DNA from: Bacillus subtilis subsp. subtilis str. 168
GTDB lineage: Bacteria > Bacillota > Bacilli > Bacillales > Bacillaceae
Assembly (NCBI RefSeq): GCF_000009045.1
Contig: NC_000964.3
Coordinates: 1,020,001-1,052,000 of the forward strand
Length of the DNA stretch: 32,000 nucleotides
Direction of reading: 5' to 3'
Under the pieces are notes generated by a model that was not told the origin of the DNA, did not search any database, and saw nothing but the letters and a program-made list of their open reading frames with translations. Shown here in pieces: positions 27,076 through 32,000 of this stretch; the first letter of the stretch is position 1, and each line of letters starts with the position of its first letter. The translations under genes and the position numbers were made by a program.

Positions 27076-29093
27076 AAATAGGAAAAACGTTATGGAGATA
27101 CGCACTTCTTTATCGAAAATTGCTGATCACAGCCGTCCTTTTGCTAACTGTTGCCGTCGGTGCAGAACTGACTGGGCCCTTTATTGGCAAAAAAATGATA
27201 GACGACCATATCCTCGGCATTGAGAAAACATGGTATGAAGCTGCGGAAAAAGATAAAAATGCCGTTCAGTTTCACGGCGTCTCATATGTCAGAGAGGACC
27301 GATTGCAGGAGCCTGTTTCAAAAGCAAAAGAAGCGCATATTTATCAAGTGGGAATGGCGTTCTATTTTGTTGATCAGGCTGTCAGCTTCGACGGGAATAG
27401 AACGGTTTCTGACGGGAAGCTGACGATCACAAACGGAGACAAGAGCCGGGCATATGCTGCCGAAAAGCTGACTAAGCAGGAACTTTTCCAGTTCTATCAG
27501 CCGGAAATAAAGGGAATGGTGTTACTGATCTGCCTGTATGGGGGCTTGCTTGTGTTTTCGGTATTCTTTCAATACGGACAGCATTATCTGCTGCAGATGA
27601 GCGCCAATCGGATTATTCAAAAGATGAGGCAGGACGTGTTTTCGCACATACAGAAAATGCCGATTCGCTATTTTGACAACCTTCCGGCCGGAAAAGTCGT
27701 TGCGCGGATTACCAATGATACGGAGGCTATTAGGGATTTATATGTCACAGTGCTTTCAACATTTGTGACAAGCGGAATCTATATGTTCGGGATATTCACG
27801 GCTTTGTTTCTGCTTGATGTGAAGCTTGCGTTTGTATGTCTGGCAATTGTGCCGATTATCTGGCTGTGGTCGGTCATATACCGGAGATATGCGTCATATT
27901 ACAACCAAAAAATCCGCTCGATCAACAGTGACATTAACGCAAAAATGAATGAGTCAATTCAAGGCATGACCATTATTCAGGCTTTCCGCCATCAAAAGGA
28001 AACAATGAGAGAATTTGAGGAATTAAATGAATCACATTTTTATTTCCAAAACAGGATGCTGAATTTAAACTCCTTAATGTCCCATAATCTGGTCAATGTC
28101 ATCCGCAATCTTGCGTTCGTCTGTCTGATCTGGCATTTTGGCGGTGCGAGCCTGAATGCGGCGGGGATTGTTTCTATCGGTGTGCTGTACGCGTTTGTCG
28201 ATTATTTGAACCGGTTATTTCAGCCGATCACAGGCATCGTCAATCAGTTTTCAAAGCTGGAGCTTGCAAGGGTCTCCGCCGGGCGTGTTTTTGAACTGCT
28301 TGAAGAAAAGAATACGGAAGAAGCGGGTGAACCGGCGAAGGAGCGCGCGCTGGGGCGGGTTGAATTTCGTGATGTGTCATTTGCGTATCAAGAAGGTGAA
28401 GAGGTATTAAAGCATATTTCCTTTACTGCGCAAAAAGGCGAAACCGTAGCGCTCGTCGGCCATACCGGATCAGGAAAAAGCTCGATTTTGAATCTTCTGT
28501 TTCGTTTTTATGATGCGCAAAAAGGTGATGTCTTAATTGATGGAAAAAGCATTTACAACATGTCAAGACAGGAACTCAGATCCCATATGGGTATTGTGCT
28601 TCAGGACCCGTACTTATTCTCGGGCACAATCGGATCTAACGTAAGTCTGGATGACGAAAGAATGACTGAAGAAGAAATAAAAAATGCACTGCGGCAAGTC
28701 GGTGCTGAGCCTCTTCTTAAGAAGCTTCCGAAGGGCATTAATGAGCCCGTGATTGAAAAAGGCAGCACGCTATCCTCTGGAGAGCGGCAGTTAATTTCTT
28801 TCGCTAGAGCTTTGGCGTTTGATCCCGCGATCTTGATTTTAGATGAGGCAACGGCGCATATTGATACAGAGACAGAGGCCGTGATCCAGAAGGCGCTTGA
28901 TGTCGTCAAACAAGGACGCACCACCTTCGTCATCGCTCACCGGCTTTCAACAATCAGAAATGCTGATCAGATTTTGGTTCTTGATAAAGGAGAAATTGTT
29001 GAGAGAGGGAACCACGAGGAACTGATGGCATTAGAAGGCCAATATTATCAAATGTATGAACTGCAAAAGGGACAGAAACATTCCATTGCATAA
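27072..29093 (+). CDS. bmrD: Multidrug ABC transporter, half-transporter BmrD
   Basis: 673-aa; Walker A GHTGSGKSS, signature LSSGERQLISFARALAFDPAILILDEATAHID; 4-nt overlap with bmrC; yheH. Confidence 0.93.
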   Translation: MKIGKTLWRYALLYRKLLITAVLLLTVAVGAELTGPFIGKKMIDDHILGIEKTWYEAAEKDKNAVQFHGVSYVREDRLQEPVSKAKEAHIYQVGMAFYFVDQAVSFDGNRTVSDGKLTITNGDKSRAYAAEKLTKQELFQFYQPEIKGMVLLICLYGGLLVFSVFFQYGQHYLLQMSANRIIQKMRQDVFSHIQKMPIRYFDNLPAGKVVARITNDTEAIRDLYVTVLSTFVTSGIYMFGIFTALFLLDVKLAFVCLAIVPIIWLWSVIYRRYASYYNQKIRSINSDINAKMNESIQGMTIIQAFRHQKETMREFEELNESHFYFQNRMLNLNSLMSHNLVNVIRNLAFVCLIWHFGGASLNAAGIVSIGVLYAFVDYLNRLFQPITGIVNQFSKLELARVSAGRVFELLEEKNTEEAGEPAKERALGRVEFRDVSFAYQEGEEVLKHISFTAQKGETVALVGHTGSGKSSILNLLFRFYDAQKGDVLIDGKSIYNMSRQELRSHMGIVLQDPYLFSGTIGSNVSLDDERMTEEEIKNALRQVGAEPLLKKLPKGINEPVIEKGSTLSSGERQLISFARALAFDPAILILDEATAHIDTETEAVIQKALDVVKQGRTTFVIAHRLSTIRNADQILVLDKGEIVERGNHEELMALEGQYYQMYELQKGQKHSIA

Positions 29094-29098
29094 CGCTC

Positions 29099-29132
29099 AA
29101 AAACCCAAAACAATCGTGTTTTGGGTTTTTGG
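29099..29132. terminator. Convergent terminator bmrD/yheG
   Basis: AAAAACCCAAAACAATCGTGTTTTGGGTTTTTGG. Confidence 0.85.
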
Positions 29133-29141
29133 TTTATGTAG

Positions 29142-29762
29142 TCAATAAGCCAGTCCGACACGGTTTCCGACATACTCACCTGTAACGAGCTCACGATATA
29201 AAAAGTCCGCAGTATCGCCGACCGAAATGCTTGTGCCGCCCTCAGGCAAAACGTTACGCTCCGTACGATAAACGCCGGTTGCTGTTCCGTCCGGGAGGTA
29301 AGTGGGGCAGATGATTGTCCAGTCTAATGATGATTCTTTAAGCATTTCGTATACTTTTGCATGCTCCTTGGCTGCGCGGGTCTGCTTTCGTTTCGATTCA
29401 TTTGTTTCAAACCGGTATTTTCCCGGTTCATATCGGGAATCTAGGATCCCTGCGGTGCCGATCGTAATAAGCCGTTTGATATGCTGTTCCTCCATAACGG
29501 AGAGAATGTGTGCCATAGCAGTTGACAAGGTATCATCACCATCTGTGCCTAGACAGCTGATCACGATTTCAGCATTCTCCATTATTTTTTTCACATCTTC
29601 TAAGCGGCGGGCGTTCCCCATGACAGTTCTGTCTTTTGAAAGGGGAAGATCAGCATGTTGAGATCTGATCAGAGCGAAAATATCAAATCTTTCATCTGCT
29701 GCAGCTTGTGTTAAAAAGGCTTGTCCGACGCGGCCGCTGGCTCCTAATAAAGCGATTTTCAT
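29142..29762 (-). CDS. yheG: NAD(P)-binding SDR/NmrA-like protein
   Basis: 206-aa; [32 protein letters not shown]. Confidence 0.85.
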
Positions 29763-29800
29763 TAAAAAACCTCCTCGCCTTTCATTATAAAAGGATGTTC

Positions 29801-29926
29801 TCAGTTTGAACAGCGCGGGAAAGAATACCTGTACAAATAAACAGAACGATGGGAAACATATTCATGAATCATGGATACACTTACGAATTGAACCAGCTCC
29901 CAATTCACAATGGTGATGAATGACAC
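29801..29926 (-). CDS. yheF: Small protein of unknown function, 41 aa
   Basis: GTG start preceded by GGGAGGGAAT: [41 protein letters not shown]; absent from the ORF track. Confidence 0.5.
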
Positions 29927-29987
29927 CCCGATTCCCTCCCTTTTTTTCTAGGATATGTGGAGCAGGAAAAAAGGGTGACAAAATAAA

Positions 29988-30016
29988 GAGAGCGCGGAAA
30001 CCGCGCCCTCTATAGC
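29988..30016 (-). terminator. Rho-independent terminator of sspB
   Basis: Minus strand AGAGGGCGCGG-TTT-CCGCGCTCTCTTTATTTT. Confidence 0.8.
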
Positions 30017-30030
30017 CATATATTGAATTG

Positions 30031-30234
30031 TTATTGAACTCTGCCGCCCATTTGCTGCTGAGCGAAAGATACTAAACGTTTTGTGATTTCTCCTCCGACA
30101 GAACCGTTAGCGCGAGAAGTTGTGTCCGCTCCAAGGTTAACGCCGAATTCAGAAGCGATTTCAAGTTTCATTTGATCGATAGCCTGAGCTGCGCCAGGAA
30201 CTAGTAAGTCATTTGAAGAGTTTTGGTTAGCCAT
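30031..30234 (-). CDS. sspB: Small acid-soluble spore protein, beta-type
   Basis: 67-aa [67 protein letters not shown]; AAGGAG SD upstream. The track ORF to 30333 includes the promoter. Confidence 0.97.
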   Translation of the reverse strand: MANQNSSNDLLVPGAAQAIDQMKLEIASEFGVNLGADTTSRANGSVGGEITKRLVSFAQQQMGGRVQ

Positions 30235-30255
30235 GTGTAAAATCTCCTTTTTATT

Positions 30256-30262
30256 TAGTATG
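30256..30262 (-). promoter_or_regulatory. SigG-type -10 element of sspB
   Basis: Minus strand CATACTA, about 22 nt upstream of ATG 30234; -35 region GGTGCA is weaker. Confidence 0.6.
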
Positions 30263-30442
30263 GTTGGGTTAACTGGAGTTGCACCAATCTGTGAACCCTT
30301 CTCGGGTGTCACTGCCGCCTCGGCGTAACCCAATGCTTTGCCGGCTTGTTACTACGTATTATGTTAAAATGGCCGGAAAATCATGCGGAGAATTGTGTGG
30401 TAAATCTTGAGAAATAAAAAAAGCTTAGCCGTTTAGGCTAAG

Positions 30443-30652
30443 CTAGTCATAAATATGAAAAAGCATCAGTTCATGTATCTCGTTTGTAAGAGCAGGCTCG
30501 TCAGCGCGGGCGGGAAACAAGTCTCCCCATTCAATCTCACCGCTCTTATGATAGATGCCTTCATAATGGGTCCCTTTATAATAAAATGAAATTTTCCATC
30601 CGGGCAGCTTTTCTTTTGGGAACAAAGGTTTCCAGCTGAAATGAGAAATCAT
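30443..30652 (-). CDS. yheE: YheE family protein of unknown function
   Basis: 69-72 aa (MISHFSWKPLFPKEKLPGWKISFYYKGTHYEGIYHKSGEIEWGDLFPARADEPALTNEIHELMLFHIYD); GGAG 10 nt before ATG 30652; GTG 30661 is the alternative start. Confidence 0.75.
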   Translation of the reverse strand: MISHFSWKPLFPKEKLPGWKISFYYKGTHYEGIYHKSGEIEWGDLFPARADEPALTNEIHELMLFHIYD

Positions 30653-30810
30653 TACGGCCACGCTCCTTACATTTGGTATCAATTGACCTAAATAAAAACG
30701 GCTTATGTTCATTGTATCATTGTTTCAGAACATCATTGAAGAGGCCTAAATATGCAGTTTGTCCCAGCTTTGGATAAAGATAAGCCCGCTTTATTAAAAA
30801 AGCGGACAGG

Positions 30811-32000
30811 TTACGAAGGCCACAATGCTTCCGGAGATGTGATTGCCTTCTCAGATAAATATGACGCGTATTCAAAACTTCTTCGTTTTGTAAGAGAATC
30901 AACATGATGCAAATTTGGATGAGAAAAAATGCTTCGGCCCGGGCGCGAATTCGCTTCAAACATCCATACTTTACCGTTCTGATCAATGCCAAAATCGAAA
31001 CCAATCTCCCCGATAAATCCCTCGATATGATCATGAAGGACATGGCTTGCAGTCAGTGCCGCTGCAGAAAGCTTTTTAATGACCTCAACTCTTTCAGCGG
31101 GATCATCGTATACTTCCGCAAGTGTCTTTACAGTGCCGCCGTTAGAAAGATGTGTTGTAATGCTGTTCTTTCCGGAAATTTTTACGGCGATTGCTGTCAC
31201 TGTCCATTTTCCTTTTCTGTTTTTATTGGTATGGACACGGAAATCCGCTGGTTTGCCTTGAAATTCGATGAGATCAACACCTTGCTGAATGAGAAAGTCG
31301 GACGGGTTGTGATGTTTTTGAAATTCTGCAAGGAATGAGGCGGCATCGGAATAATCAATTGATGTAAAAGTTTTGGCGTCATTCGTATGCTTTACCGTCA
31401 GGCCGCCATCTGTTCTTGTCAGCTGATAAATGCCGGTGCCGAGTGCTCCATTTGCCGGTTTGATATAGACTTTTTTGTATGCGCCACAGAGCTCATCTAT
31501 CAGCTCCACAGACGGTGTCAGCTCGGATCTAGGCAAAAAGGGTGCCGTTCTTGGATCTTTTTCGAGCAATTGATGAACGTTCCATTTATTGAAAAACGTT
31601 TTATTAAACCATGGGATCTGATATTCATCGATCAGCCTCTTTTTTGTATGTTGCAAGAGAAGTGAATCTTCAATTTTTCGGTTCGGCAAACGGTCATAAA
31701 CGACGTTCGGCAATGGAACGATTTTTTTCTCCCAGCCGTTTTCCCTGTAAAGGAGGCCTTCAATCGTGCCTTCCTCCCAATTGATTTGGTGCGCGCCAAA
31801 AACGAAGCAGTAGCCCCCGGCTTGCTCGTGTAACGTGACAAGTTTAGAAAAAAAGAGGGAACGATCCTTAAATGGGCGTTCAAGAGATACAGTAAACCCT
31901 GCCGTAAAGATGCCGACTAACGGCCCGATATGCACTGTATGATCATGAATCAGTATATCTGCCCTGCTTCGGTGGGGAAGCAAAAGCTCATGAAACAGAT
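30811..32000 (-). CDS. yheD: YheC/YheD family ATP-grasp protein, endospore coat-associated (5' end outside window)
   Basis: ATP-grasp-like C-terminal part (YIKPANGALGTGIYQLTR, GEIGFDFGIDQNGKVWMFEANSRPGRSIF); the frame stays open to the window edge, so the TTG start in the track is probably not the true start. Confidence 0.85.
   Translation of the reverse strand, partial: LFHELLLPHRSRADILIHDHTVHIGPLVGIFTAGFTVSLERPFKDRSLFFSKLVTLHEQAGGYCFVFGAHQINWEEGTIEGLLYRENGWEKKIVPLPNVVYDRLPNRKIEDSLLLQHTKKRLIDEYQIPWFNKTFFNKWNVHQLLEKDPRTAPFLPRSELTPSVELIDELCGAYKKVYIKPANGALGTGIYQLTRTDGGLTVKHTNDAKTFTSIDYSDAASFLAEFQKHHNPSDFLIQQGVDLIEFQGKPADFRVHTNKNRKGKWTVTAIAVKISGKNSITTHLSNGGTVKTLAEVYDDPAERVEVIKKLSAAALTASHVLHDHIEGFIGEIGFDFGIDQNGKVWMFEANSRPGRSIFSHPNLHHVDSLTKRRSFEYASYLSEKAITSPEALWPS

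Noticed and set aside
30235-30333. 33-codon extension of sspB in the ORF track
   Set aside because: It runs through the SigG-like -10 and the SD; the alpha/beta SASP family starts at MANQNSS.
1-32000. Defence island, prophage, transposon, CRISPR or biosynthetic cluster
   Set aside because: All long ORFs match housekeeping, transport, stress or sporulation genes in the recognised B. subtilis order; no repeats, integrases or transposases seen.

Overview
The window matches the yhd/yhe region of a Bacillus subtilis-type chromosome. All identifications come from recall of protein sequence, length and gene order; no database was searched. Gene order: citR<, citA>, yhdF>, bcaP(yhdG)>, yhdH>, yhdI<, yhdJ>, yhdK/yhdL/sigM<, yhdN>, plsC>, mpfA(yhdP)<, yhdQ<, yhdR>, yhdT>, crcB1/crcB2(yhdU/yhdV)<, yhdW<, yhdX>, yhdY>, srtN(yhdZ)>, yheN<, dat(yheM)>, nhaC<, nhaX<, bmrB(yheJ)/bmrC/bmrD>, yheG<, yheF<, sspB<, yheE<, yheD< (cut by the window end). 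It is ordinary core-genome content: I see no prophage, transposon, CRISPR, rRNA or tRNA. The most interesting non-coding signal is a shared translation-initiation architecture in the two CNNM/CorC-type transporter paralogs, yhdP and yhdT. In both, a perfect AGGAGG Shine-Dalgarno is separated from the start codon by a stable hairpin of different sequence, and removing the hairpin leaves exactly 9 nt in each case. yhdT also has an upstream mini-ORF (MMGPSA) with its own SD. Other supported signals are a bmrBCD leader attenuator with two overlapping small ORFs, a FapR-like operator at plsC, CodY-like boxes at bcaP, an ECF autoregulatory promoter at sigM, SigB-like promoters at yhdN and yhdF, and a SigG-like promoter at sspB.
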